A DNA stretch of 37,162 nt from Octopus sinensis. Its lineage: Eukaryota. Of the stretch, positions 24,881-36,319 are shown piece by piece; within the stretch, counting starts at the first letter, position 1, and every line of letters begins with the position of its first letter. The position numbers and the translations under genes were made by a program. The stretch covers positions 1-37,162 of the forward strand of contig NW_021835167.1 of the NCBI RefSeq assembly GCF_006345805.1. Reading direction: 5' to 3'. The notes under the pieces were generated by a model, which was given only the letters and a program-made list of their open reading frames with translations, had not been told where the DNA came from and did no database searches.

Positions 24881-25003
24881 TACAGGGTAAATGTTTTTAA
24901 TTTTCTCCTGGTTTACGGAATTGATGTTATTTTGCGGTTGAAGCTTTGGCTGTTATTTCTAGTGGGGTGAATGGCCTATTATGGCCGTTCCTTCATTGTG
25001 ATG

Positions 25004-25156
25004 ATATATATATATATATATTATATAATATATATAACATACATATATAAAATATATTATATATATATATATATTACATATATAATATATATAATATATA
25101 TATATAATATATAGATATATATATCTATAAAATATATATATATAATATATATATAT

Positions 25157-25213
<57 letters not shown>

Positions 25214-25223
25214 AATATATATG

Positions 25224-25258
<35 letters not shown>

Positions 25259-25294
25259 TATAGATACAATTATATATATATTTAAATATATAAA

Positions 25295-25341
<47 letters not shown>

Positions 25342-25358
25342 TACATATATAAATATAT

Positions 25359-25399
<41 letters not shown>

Positions 25400-25594
25400 A
25401 CATATATAAATATATATATATACATATATAAATATTATATACATATATAAATATATATATACATATTATATATATATAATATAAATTATATATATATATA
25501 ACTTATATATATATATATATATAAATATAGATATATATATATAAATATATATATATATAAATATATATATATATAAATATATACATATATACAT

Positions 25595-25625
<31 letters not shown>

Positions 25626-25849
25626 CATAATATATATATAAATATATACATATATACATATCGATATATATAAAATATATACATTATATAGATATATATA
25701 AATACATATATACATATAATATATATAAATATATACATATATATATATATATAAATATATACCTAATACATATAATATCTATATATCTTATATATATATA
25801 TAAATATATACATATATACATATATATATATATATAAATATATACATAT

Positions 25850-25882
<33 letters not shown>

Positions 25883-26035
25883 TATCCATACTATATATAT
25901 ATATATATATACATATATACATATATATATATAATATATATATATATATAAAATATATTACATATATTACATATAATATATATATTATATATATATATAA
26001 TATACATATATTATATATATATATATACATATTAC

Positions 26036-26066
<31 letters not shown>

Positions 26067-26224
26067 TATACATATATACATATTATATATATATATAACG
26101 TATATACATATATATATATATATATAACTATATACATATATACATATATATATTATATAATATATATCTATATACATATATACTATATATATATATATAT
26201 AGATATATAAATATATACATATAT

Positions 26225-26266
<42 letters not shown>

Positions 26267-26333
26267 ATCTATATATAATATAATATCTAAGTATTATAAA
26301 TAAAAATATATATAGAATATATATACATATTAT

Positions 26334-26371
<38 letters not shown>

Positions 26372-26930
26372 TATATATATATTATAATATATATATATAT
26401 ATTATATATAAATCTATACATTATATACATATATATCATATATATTATATAAATATATACATATATACATATAATAGATATTATATATATAAATATATAC
26501 ATATATATATATATATATATGAATATATACATATATATATATATATCTAAAATATATATAGATATATATATATAATAAATATATACATATATACATATGT
26601 ATATATATATATATATATATATAATAAATATATACATATAATATATTATATAAATATATACATTATATATATATATATAATATATATCTATATATATATA
26701 AATATTATATTAAATATAATATATATATATATCATATAAATATATACATATTCTATATATATATTAATATACATATATAGAGTATATAATATATACATAT
26801 AGAACATATAATATATATATATATTATATACATATATATATAATATATACATATATATATATATATCATAAATATATTACATATATTCCATATATATAGA
26901 TATATATATATAAATATATACATATATTCA

Positions 26931-26968
<38 letters not shown>

Positions 26969-27513
26969 GATCTATTACATATAGATATCTAAATATAGAT
27001 ACATACATATATATATATATAAGATATATATATATATACAAGATAGATACATATATATATATAGGATATACATAGATACATATAATATATATAATATACA
27101 TATAGATACATATTATATATATATACATATAGATACATACATATATATAGATATATACATATAGAGACATACATATATAAATATATATAAAGATATATAT
27201 AATATATATATTATATATACATATAGCTACATACATATATCAATATATATATATATAGTACATATAGATACAAGATTCATATATGGTATACCCCTATATA
27301 AATATATATATATATATACATATAGATACATACATATATAAATATATATATATACATTATAGATACATACATATATAATATATTATATAGACAAATACAT
27401 ACATACATACATAATAAATATATATATAATATATATACATAATATACATACATATATAAATATATATATATATCTATATATACAATATATACATACATAT
27501 ATAAAATATATAT

Positions 27514-27552
<39 letters not shown>

Positions 27553-27580
27553 CTATATATTATTATATATATATATACAT
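25004..27580. repeat. About 2.6-kb degenerate (AT)n low-complexity tract
   Basis: Seen directly. It is the source of the many Y/I-only ORFs. Confidence 0.95.
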
Positions 27581-28030
27581 ACATTATTGCTGAAGTTGAT
27601 TGCTGAAGTATAAAGACGTGTTTTTACTCCTCTCTGCGCCGGTCAGCAGCAAGCTTCACAGCTAAATTCGTCGAAATTGACCATCACATATATTCCTGTA
27701 TATTTGAAACCACGCTTTTTCCCAACTCGTGAGTAGACTTTTCCTTAGCCACAAACTATTTTCATAATTTTCAAACGACCAAATATTTTCAAAACACTTC
27801 TGATAACTAAAGGATCACCCACACATTAAAAATTAGAAAAAGAGGGATAAAAAAGAAAAGAAAAGAAAGATTAAATAACTACAAGCTCATAATTCAAATA
27901 CAAACTTCTCAGTATTACAGCAAACATTCTGTACAATCAATTCTACATACTTCTCCTTAAAAAAAAAAAATTAAAAGTAATCAACAAAACAAACGAACAA
28001 AATAAAATTTAATAAAACATATCAACCAGA

Positions 28031-29251
28031 ATGGCTAGCCACCAAAAATCCAACAAAAACTGGTCTGATAATGAAGTCGACGTTCTTATCAACACATGGC
28101 ATGGCCTTACCGAAACAGAGAGCATAGGTGCTTCGTGTCTGAACGAAATTGCTAAACGAACAGTTCACCATTTGCAAACTCGATCTGAACAGCAGATCCA
28201 AAATAAATTAAAACAAATCGAAGTTGTTTTTAAATTAATAAATAAACACTTCGATAAACTGAGATGTGTTTTCTCTTCGAACGCATCACCGGCACAACAA
28301 CAACAATCTCAACAACAACAAACTCAGCGGCAACAACAACAACTTCAGCAGCAACAACAACAGCAACCTCAACAACAAACTCAGCGGCAACAACAGCAAC
28401 AACAACAACAGGATGAACCACTCCTTGATTCATCTACAATGGCCGATTTGCTAAACGAAACGATTGACACCCCAGTCATCAGGGTCACACAGCAGGAAGC
28501 ACCACCCCTTCCTTTCACTGCCCCAGCAGCTCAATCATCATCATCATTGTCAACGCCATCTCCTCTGCTTACTACTACTTGTACTACTCCCACTATGTAT
28601 CGACAAACATCTTTGTCTACCGCTAGGTCTTGGAATCGACCTCCTCAATCATTACCACTGTCAACATCTCTTCTACCTACTACTACTACAACTACTACTA
28701 CTAATGCTATCTCAAGGAATTTACCTCCTACAGGTCACAAAGGTCGCCAAAACTTCAACAAACTATCATCTACACCTTTCACAACTCACACACACACACG
28801 CACCTACACACCCACTCGAAACCCCATCATTTGCCGATATTCTCTTCGCCATAGACTGTGCACTGATAGAGACTGCAAATTCACCCACTTACCTGGAACA
28901 AAACGCTCTATCCCCACAAACTACAACAGCAACCACCATAATACAACACCACCACAACCACCAATATCTCAAACAAGGAATCCCCAAATCTGCCGCTATT
29001 CCCAGCGAGACAGATTGTGTTTGCACAGAGATTGCCCCTTTACCCATCTCCCGGGGACGCGTCGGACATTTAAAGATAACCGCTCATATAAAAATAACCA
29101 CAACCACAGTCACCTACAGTTCCCTAGACAGGAAACCACCTCTTCTTCCTCTTTTTTAGCTATAATGAATCTAGCAAAAGAACTAGAAAAAAACATCCGA
29201 GCTATCACCCACCACCATCGACCACTATTACCCCACTGCACATGCCATTAA
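28031..29251 (+). CDS. LINE ORF1 protein (406 aa): Myb/SANT-like N-terminal domain, polyQ, S/T-rich linker, two CCCH zinc fingers
   Basis: WSDNEVDVLI...RSEQQIQNKLKQI (trihelix/Myb-like pattern). Q-rich segment at 28295-28411. C-x8-C-x4-C-x3-H motifs at 28832-28888 and 28991-29047. Confidence 0.85.
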   Translation: MASHQKSNKNWSDNEVDVLINTWHGLTETESIGASCLNEIAKRTVHHLQTRSEQQIQNKLKQIEVVFKLINKHFDKLRCVFSSNASPAQQQQSQQQQTQRQQQQLQQQQQQQPQQQTQRQQQQQQQQDEPLLDSSTMADLLNETIDTPVIRVTQQEAPPLPFTAPAAQSSSSLSTPSPLLTTTCTTPTMYRQTSLSTARSWNRPPQSLPLSTSLLPTTTTTTTTNAISRNLPPTGHKGRQNFNKLSSTPFTTHTHTRTYTPTRNPIICRYSLRHRLCTDRDCKFTHLPGTKRSIPTNYNSNHHNTTPPQPPISQTRNPQICRYSQRDRLCLHRDCPFTHLPGTRRTFKDNRSYKNNHNHSHLQFPRQETTSSSSFLAIMNLAKELEKNIRAITHHHRPLLPHCTCH

Positions 29252-29327
29252 AAAGCAATCAAATAAACAATCACCAAAACAATTAAAACCATCCACTCTC
29301 GCCTCAACATTTCTGCTTAATGCCTAA

Positions 29328-32279
29328 GGCATCAGCCCTTCCACCAATACACAAAAATGGAAGATAAGATTCCTGGAGGACTGGGTCGAGGCCCATCCAA
29401 AGCACACCCCTTTCTTCGTCCTCACTGAAACCCATCTTAGTGACCTCCACTTGGAAGCCGAGGTGAAAGTTAAAAATTTCAAAACCATTCGTGCTGATCG
29501 TGCTGGCAGAAGAAATGGTGGGACTGCCATTTATGTCCATGATTCATTCTCAACAGAAGCCATGAACATATTTTCCAATGGATACTGCGAAGCAGTCGCT
29601 GTATTCAGTCAAACCAACAACTTAACAGTAGTTGGGCTCTACAGACCACCCCAAACGCCCCTACCATGCTTCAAGGAATGCCTCAACAGTATAAAGTATT
29701 TCATTCAGCAGTGTCAACCTGACAACATTTTAATGATGGGAGACTTCAACCTTCCCGGGGTTGACTGGTCTACAAACAGTCTGCCGCCAGGTTCTTCTCT
29801 CTCAACCCCTGACAGGGAGGCAGTGGAATCGCTTCTTGACTTCATGGATGATTTCTTCCTGTCCCAACTGGTACTCGAACCAACGAGTTGTCATAAAAAC
29901 GTCTTAGACTTAATTTTCAGCAATCACACTGATGCTATCCACAATATTGCAGTGGAGAAGACCCTACTCTCCGACCATGACATGGTTCTCTGTGATCTGA
30001 GATTTCACTGGCCAAAATGCAAAACAAATGTCATCCCTCCTGTTCATCCATTTGACACTATGGATTTCCACAATGCAAACTGGGAAGCGATCAATAATGA
30101 TCTTGCACAAGTCGATTGGTCCTTCACGCACACATACACACCCACTAACATCAAAAAGTCCTGGCAGTCACTTGTAGACACCATCACGAAAATATGTGCA
30201 AGACACACCCCATTAAGATCTGCAAACAAATCTAAGTGTCGAATCCCTAGAAATAGAAAATCTCTCATAAGGAAAATTAAAAGAATTAACAAAAAGATCA
30301 ACATCCTGAAATACTGTCAACAGCAACACACCAACCTGATTGCCATCTCCTCGCTAGAGATTAAAAAACATAAACTCCAAAACAACATGATGTCTATCAT
30401 CAATAGTCAGCGAAGAGCTGAAGAGTCCTGGGCCATTGAGAAGATCAAACTCAATCCCAAAGTGTTTGCAAAAAAACACAGAGTCACTAGTTCTACTGTT
30501 GGCCCTCTGATTGATGAAAATGGTACTCTTCAAGACAATGCCAAAACCATGGGAGAGATATTGCAGAAACAATATTGCTCTGTTTTCAGCAATCCTGATA
30601 TGACTGATCTGGGCTGTATCAGTGATGTTACTCCCCAATACACTTTATCGGACATAACATTTGGCGCTCATGATGTCTTAGCAGCAATAAAGGAAATGAA
30701 GCATAATTCAGCAGTAGGTCCCGATAGATTCCCTGCTTGTGTATTGAAGATGTGTCAAAACCAACTTGCACCCCCTCTAGCCAAACTGTGGCGGAAATCA
30801 CTGGATGCTGGATATATACAAGAAGACCTTCTATCCCAGTCTGTTGTCCCAGTTTTCAAAAAAGGAAACAAATCGCTTGCCGTGAATTACCGTCCAATCT
30901 CACTCACCTCTCATATCATCAAGATATTTGAGAGGGTGCTGAGATCGCGTATGACTCACTTCCTTGAGAGTCATAATATACTGAACCCCAACCAGCATGG
31001 ATTCCGTAATGGGAGAGATTGCCTGACGCAGCTACTGCATCATTTTGATGACATTTTGAGAGCATTGGGAGAAGGTTCCAACACTGATGTCATCTACCTT
31101 GATTTCAGCAAGGCCTTTGACAGGGTTGATCATAAGATCCTTCTGAGAAAGCTGTCCAATATTGGTGTCACTGGAAAGCTGCTGCAGTGGATCAAGTGCT
31201 TCCTGTCTAACAGAACTCAACATGTTGTAGTCGAAGGAGTCAAATCCAGCCCAGCCAAAGTCAGCAGTGGTGTCCCACAAGGCACTGTGTTGGGCCCACT
31301 TCTCTTCATCATCTACATAAATTATATTACTGACACCATCAAACACAGTAACATCAGAACCTTCGCTGATGATTCCAAGCTCCAGAAGGTCATCAATGGC
31401 GTGGATGACCGAATAAACCTTCAGTCAGACCTACTGGCTGTTGTCCAATGGGCGGAAAAGAATAACATGTTGCTAAATGAAGACAAATTCGAACTGATCC
31501 ACTTTGGAAGGGAGGACGCTCTAAAACTCCCATACTCTCTTCCTTCTGGAGAAATTCTCATGGCATCCAACAACATCAGAGACTTGGGAGTAACAGTGGA
31601 CAACAACATAAGCTGGGCTACACATATAAGCAGCAAAGTTGACATGGCCCGCAGAATGTGTTCCTGGATTCTCAGAACCTTCCAGTCGAGAGATTCCCAC
31701 GCTATTATCCTTCTCTTCTCCACTTTTGCCCGACCCCACCTTGAGTACTGCTGTCCACTGTGGTCTCCCTACACAAAACAATATATTATGAGAATTGAAG
31801 CTCCCCAAAGGTCAATCACAAAAAAGATAGATGGCATGTCAGACCTTGACTACTGGGGTAGACTAGAGAAGCTGAAATTGTATTCACTCCAACGACGCCG
31901 TGAACGCTACATTATCTGTATGATGTGGAAAATATTCCATCAGCACTGTCCGAATGATGTTGGCATCACCTTCAAAATACATCCAAGGCTTGGACCACGT
32001 GCCATCCGTCCACAACAAAAATCTAAATCGCATCACATAACGACAATACGGCACAACTATTTCACCTCCATTGGACCCGCTCTCTTCAACATTACACCAG
32101 GACACGTCAAAAAAGAAACTGACCACACAAAGTTCAAGAAGTCTTTGGACAAATTCCTTCAAACAGTACCGGACAAACCACCCACACCCGGATATGTCTC
32201 CGCAAACAATAACTCTCTGCTCGAATGGGCCTTGGTGCCCAATCCTGAACTGAAAGACTTCGCCAGGTGGTGCTATTAA
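29328..32279 (+). CDS. LINE ORF2: apurinic-like endonuclease plus reverse transcriptase (983 uninterrupted codons after an in-frame TAA at 29325-29327)
   Basis: APE motifs LTETHL, GLYRPP, MGDFN, LDLIF, SDH. RT motifs YRPISLTS, QHGFR, YLDFSKAFDRVDH, GVPQGTVLGPLLF, FADD. The frame is open upstream to 29187 apart from that one TAA. Confidence 0.95.
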   Translation, partial: GISPSTNTQKWKIRFLEDWVEAHPKHTPFFVLTETHLSDLHLEAEVKVKNFKTIRADRAGRRNGGTAIYVHDSFSTEAMNIFSNGYCEAVAVFSQTNNLTVVGLYRPPQTPLPCFKECLNSIKYFIQQCQPDNILMMGDFNLPGVDWSTNSLPPGSSLSTPDREAVESLLDFMDDFFLSQLVLEPTSCHKNVLDLIFSNHTDAIHNIAVEKTLLSDHDMVLCDLRFHWPKCKTNVIPPVHPFDTMDFHNANWEAINNDLAQVDWSFTHTYTPTNIKKSWQSLVDTITKICARHTPLRSANKSKCRIPRNRKSLIRKIKRINKKINILKYCQQQHTNLIAISSLEIKKHKLQNNMMSIINSQRRAEESWAIEKIKLNPKVFAKKHRVTSSTVGPLIDENGTLQDNAKTMGEILQKQYCSVFSNPDMTDLGCISDVTPQYTLSDITFGAHDVLAAIKEMKHNSAVGPDRFPACVLKMCQNQLAPPLAKLWRKSLDAGYIQEDLLSQSVVPVFKKGNKSLAVNYRPISLTSHIIKIFERVLRSRMTHFLESHNILNPNQHGFRNGRDCLTQLLHHFDDILRALGEGSNTDVIYLDFSKAFDRVDHKILLRKLSNIGVTGKLLQWIKCFLSNRTQHVVVEGVKSSPAKVSSGVPQGTVLGPLLFIIYINYITDTIKHSNIRTFADDSKLQKVINGVDDRINLQSDLLAVVQWAEKNNMLLNEDKFELIHFGREDALKLPYSLPSGEILMASNNIRDLGVTVDNNISWATHISSKVDMARRMCSWILRTFQSRDSHAIILLFSTFARPHLEYCCPLWSPYTKQYIMRIEAPQRSITKKIDGMSDLDYWGRLEKLKLYSLQRRRERYIICMMWKIFHQHCPNDVGITFKIHPRLGPRAIRPQQKSKSHHITTIRHNYFTSIGPALFNITPGHVKKETDHTKFKKSLDKFLQTVPDKPPTPGYVSANNNSLLEWALVPNPELKDFARWCY

Positions 32280-32337
32280 GTTAGACATGGCCTGGGCAAT
32301 ACTGGCCAAAACCTTTCTAAGTTATTCTAAGTTATTC

Positions 32338-32640
32338 ATATATAAATATATATATATATAACATACATATATAAATATATATATATATACATATATATAA
32401 ATATATATATATAATTATATATATAATTATATATATAAATATATATATATATACATATATATAAATATATATATATATATAACATATATATATAAATATA
32501 TATATATATACATATATATACATACATATATAAATATATATATATATACACATATATATACATATATATATATATACATATATATACGAGAGTGTGTATG
32601 TATACACACACGTACGTGCACAGACATACACACACACACT
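32338..32640. repeat. (AT)n/(AC)n microsatellite
   Basis: Seen directly. Confidence 0.95.
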
Positions 32641-32654
32641 CAGTTTGTTTTTTT

Positions 32655-32780
32655 AAAACCTCATACTTATTCTATCCAAAACTTTGGCATCACCGCCATT
32701 TACGGGACGTAAACATACGAACATCGATTAAAAAAGCGATGGTGGCGGACAAACACAGATACATGGACATATATATCTAT
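32655..32780 (-). mobile_element. Degenerate SINE fragment (family B)
   Basis: TACTTATTCTATC...TTACGGGACGTAAACA...GGACAAACACAGA resembles 17118-17358. Confidence 0.55.
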
Positions 32781-35269
32781 AGTTATATATAAACTCAAAT
32801 ATATGTATATTAAATTTGATGTCTAAAAATTATCTCTGCCTATATATGATGTCTCACCAATATTCAATGGTAATTAAGACCAGACACAAGTCAGAAAGGG
32901 ATCTAATCTCCAAATTTGAGAATTCTTCTATGTTTGCATGCCATTAAGAAAAAGTAAAGCATATTGCCTGGGGATGAGAGGAAATAGACGTGTGTCTATT
33001 TAAATTGGCGTTATCAGCACGATATATGTCAAAGTTTATCTTTAGTACTCAAGGGGCTTAGATTGAAACACTTATACCTTTATATCAGTTTAAAAATGTA
33101 CTATTTTTGACCACATTAAACATTCTGAACTGCAGTATTACAATGAATCTAGAACCTGGAATAACTATATCCATTTTACACACACTGGTGCCGTACGGTG
33201 GATACATTTTTCGATTTTCGTTTCTGATTATTTATTTTCATTGAGATTGACGCAAAATTTCAGACCCGAGACGAAACATCAGTGGGTATTTGAACTGCGA
33301 TGGCCAGTCTCAGTGCCAATTGGCTGACGTCCAACTAGAGTACTCTATGTAATCTAGTAATAGGAAAGATACTGCAATTTGATTCAATTTTACTATTTAT
33401 CTATGAGTTGAATCCTGTATTTTTATGTATCGTGTGCGCTTAAAGATGGAAGCCTGATAAAGACTTAACGTATGATGACAAGCAGTTATTTCAAGGTTCA
33501 GAAAACATCTATGAACCTAACGCAATTATCGTAGTCACTGATCGAATGCAGCAGTCTGGCTCATTGATTCTCACACCATTCACTTGGCTACATATCACAG
33601 CAATTATTAAGTAATGCTCATGCACCATTAGGCCAACACGTTGGACAAACCTTTATCTATATGCATTCGTATTTGTACATTTATAACTACTTCTGTCCAT
33701 TCATCTCCCTCTCCTCTTCATATACACACATATATATATATATAGATAGATAGATAGATATATATAAACATATTTACATGTATACATATGCACAGGTCCT
33801 ACAGGAGCAGTTATGAAAGTTCAAAGAACATACGATGTCAATTGTAATGTTTGTATTAAAATATTAACATATTTTGGCTTAACGTCAAGTTTTCCCTTAT
33901 TACTATGATCAATGGCATTTCTGCCTTGTTCGTCCGGCCCTTTCTTTGACATCGCTCATCTGTCTTGCACCTTCTGTACAACTTAAGTGCATTTCTCCCG
34001 TCACCTTCTCCTATCGTCATAAATCCTATCTCCATTAGTTTCATCGTAATTTTGCACCCAATTCTCTATCGAATAGCAACATTAAAAATATCTCGTCAGT
34101 TCCTCAAACACAGGTAGGGGTACAGCTAGCAGCGGAATTACTCTGAAAGGGATATACGATTTGTAAAGATCCGTCACGCGCATCACATCACACAATTTTA
34201 ATGGTTCTTGTTTGGTAAATTCCTTGACCAAAATGTCTTTTATCAGCTGTAATCAACTATTTTCTTCCTTTTAAAAGAAAAAAGAAACTCTGTAAGCCTT
34301 CACATTTTCTGCATTTTATTCAACTCCACACTAGAATTCTTTGAGAAAGGAATTCCCAAAACATCTTAGCCCACCGACACTAATAGGTTCTTCATTTCAA
34401 CTACACACGCGTGTAGTGTGCATATACCTCAAGCTACCTCAAACAGACAAGACCGCCGTTATTGAAAAAACTCCTTCTATTACAGTTAAAAATATAACCA
34501 CCAGAACGTGGCCTTATACACGCTAAACCTCTTAAACGCTAACTTACTCCTGACAGACAGAACTTGACATTCAGAATAACAGTGCAGTCTGCCAAATTCC
34601 AATACATACTCTCCATCTCTATTAGCAATCATGTTTGCCATCATTTTGAAACTCTCCCCTCTATGATCAGCACCGCAGCTTCCTTATAGTCAGTTCCACC
34701 GTAAACATTTTGCTTACGAATTTTGACCAGTGGACAGATGCCATTAGCAAATTTTCCGATTCTGTCTTACATGCAAACCTTCCATAAAACCTTCGCACCT
34801 AGAAACTTTACCAATCGCTCACCTCTGTTATCTCTAACTATTTATCAGATCACAACATCGTAGCATGTCTTGACAAAGTTTTTTCTCGTCGACTCTCGAT
34901 AGGTCCTAGGGTTGTCCAGATTTCGATTCTTACCTCAATATCTCGCTTCTGTACCTTCTTACATCTGCCATATCCAAATATGCCAACGCTTATGCAAATA
35001 CCAACTTCGTTCACTATAACCTAACCATGTATCATCCAAACGTGATATAGACCAACCAAACATGCATCTCCCCATCCCCATTTGAGCATCTATACCAACC
35101 TTATCTAAAAGCGAAAGGAAGTAAGGAATACCAACACTAAGAAAACATTGCAAGCTTACACCGCTCTAACGAGAAGTGACATTCAGCTGAAGCTATTACT
35201 GTCCAGTTGCGACAGCATATCCTTAATATTGATATGACAGCATCCCAGAACATATCTGGGGTCCCAACA

Positions 35270-35400
35270 GCTAGCATCGTCTTTAAGCGTTTTAGTCAAA
35301 CAAATGGACCTGAAGACGATTTATGGGTCTCTTTTGACAAACCACTAAGTTACGGAAACAACGGTTGTCAAGCGGGGAACTACAAACGCAAAGACTGAGA
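35270..35400 (-). mobile_element. Degenerate SINE fragment (family B)
   Basis: The minus strand contains CGCTTGACAACCG, CCGTAACTTAGTGGTTTGTCAAAAGAGACC and TTTGTTTGACTAAA. Confidence 0.55.
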
Positions 35401-35411
35401 CCCAAACTTGT

Positions 35412-35464
<53 letters not shown>

Positions 35465-35477
35465 TATATATATTATA

Positions 35478-35550
35478 GCAATTAAGGACAACTACTTAAT
35501 AAGGAAAACTTAACAAGAATTGTCAGGTAGATAGCGTAAAAACCTCATAA
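35478..35550 (+). repeat. Second, partial copy of the hairpin element at 1-95
   Basis: AAGGACAACTACTTAATAAGGAAAACTTAACAAGAATTGTCAGGTAGATAGCGTAAAAACCTCATAA aligns with 1-64. The right arm is absent. Confidence 0.8.
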
Positions 35551-35595
35551 GAGAAAAAATTTCGAAAATAATTATTTCTTATTGAACATATTAAT

Positions 35596-35929
35596 TTATA
35601 TATAGAGGGCATTATACATACATGCCAGAAGGCATTATACATACATGCCAAACGCTAAGAGGGACAATTAGTCATTTCTACCAAAAATATTACTAATCCC
35701 ACCGAATGCAATTTTTCAAAGTAAGACATTTAAAATAATATAGACCTGTATCACAGTGATTTCATACTTACGTACTCATCAGCAGGCCTTTTTTAAATGT
35801 CTTACTTTGAAAAATTGCATTCGGTGGGATTAGTAATATTTTTGGTAGAAATGACTAATTGTCCCTCTTAGCGTTTGGCATGTATGTATAATGCCTTCTG
35901 GCATGTATGTATAATGCCCTCTATATATA

Positions 35930-35930
<1 letters not shown>
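35596..35930. repeat. Perfect 140-bp inverted repeat with a 55-nt spacer
   Basis: 35596-35735 is the exact reverse complement of 35791-35930. Each arm contains a tandem pair of the 19-mer GGCATTATACATACATGCC. Confidence 0.97.
35743..35788 (-). ncRNA. Type I hammerhead ribozyme
   Basis: Minus strand: GGCCUG CUGAUGA GUAC-GUAA-GUAU GAAA UCA-CUG-UGA UA CAGGUC. The core is complete, stem I has 6 bp, stem II has 4 bp with a GNRA loop, stem III has 4 bp and is palindromic, and the cleavage triplet is AUA. One deviation: G10.1-U11.1 wobble. Confidence 0.85.
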
Positions 35931-35990
<60 letters not shown>

Positions 35991-36012
35991 ATGTACATGC
36001 ACACACACATAT

Positions 36013-36184
36013 ATACGACGGGCTTTGGGCTTCTTTCAGTTTCCGTTAACCAAGCCCACTCACAAGGCTTTGATAGGCCCGAGACTATAGTAGAAGACAC
36101 TTACTCAAGGTGCCACGCAGTGAAACTGAAACCGGAACCATGTGGTTGTTAAGCAAGCTCCTTACCATACAGCCACCCCTGCGG
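36013..36184 (-). mobile_element. SINE (family B), 5' half
   Basis: Reverse complement of the 18159 head: GCAGGGGTGGCTGTATGGTAAGGAGCTTGCTTAACAACCACATGGTTCCGG. Confidence 0.85.
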
Positions 36185-36319
36185 CTGTATATGTATATAT
36201 ATATATTATTTATAATTATATATGATTTATCGTTTACTTCTTACAGTTATTAGTGTGGCTAAGCTTGGTTCTTACACACTAAAGCCTGGGTCTTATGCTA
36301 TCACACTCTTCTGCGAACT

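Larger units (their letters stand above)
24243..25003. mobile_element. Interleaved inverted-repeat cassette A-B-A'-C-B', probably Penelope-like terminal repeats in inverted arrangement
   Basis: A 24243-24283 is the reverse complement of A' 24564-24604 (41 bp, exact). B 24294-24559 is the reverse complement of B' 24738-25003 (266 bp, about 5 differences). The Penelope assignment is inferred from the HHR and the inversion. Confidence 0.75.
27586..32337 (+). mobile_element. Near full-length two-ORF non-LTR retrotransposon (APE + RT; CR1/L2-related group, exact clade such as Proto2 not determinable here)
   Basis: About 445-bp 5' UTR starting with a short ATTGCTGAAGT duplication, then ORF1, ORF2, a 3' stem-loop TGGCC/GGCCA and a (TCTAAGTTAT)n tail. 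Both flanks are (AT)n. Confidence 0.95.

Noticed and set aside
21892-27498. Dozens of long ORFs rich in Y/I/M/C/H (also at 15370-15834, 16862-17138, 32332-32639)
   Set aside because: They are translations of (AT)n/(AC)n microsatellites, which lack stop codons, and are not genes.
30044-32309. Minus-strand and alternate-frame ORFs inside the LINE
   Set aside because: Shadows of ORF2 with no independent motifs.
33850-35200. Possible ancient RTE-type LINE on the minus strand (NRDGEYVLEFG-like peptide)
   Set aside because: Motif spacing does not fit the endonuclease domain and no RT motifs were found, so it cannot be supported by eye.
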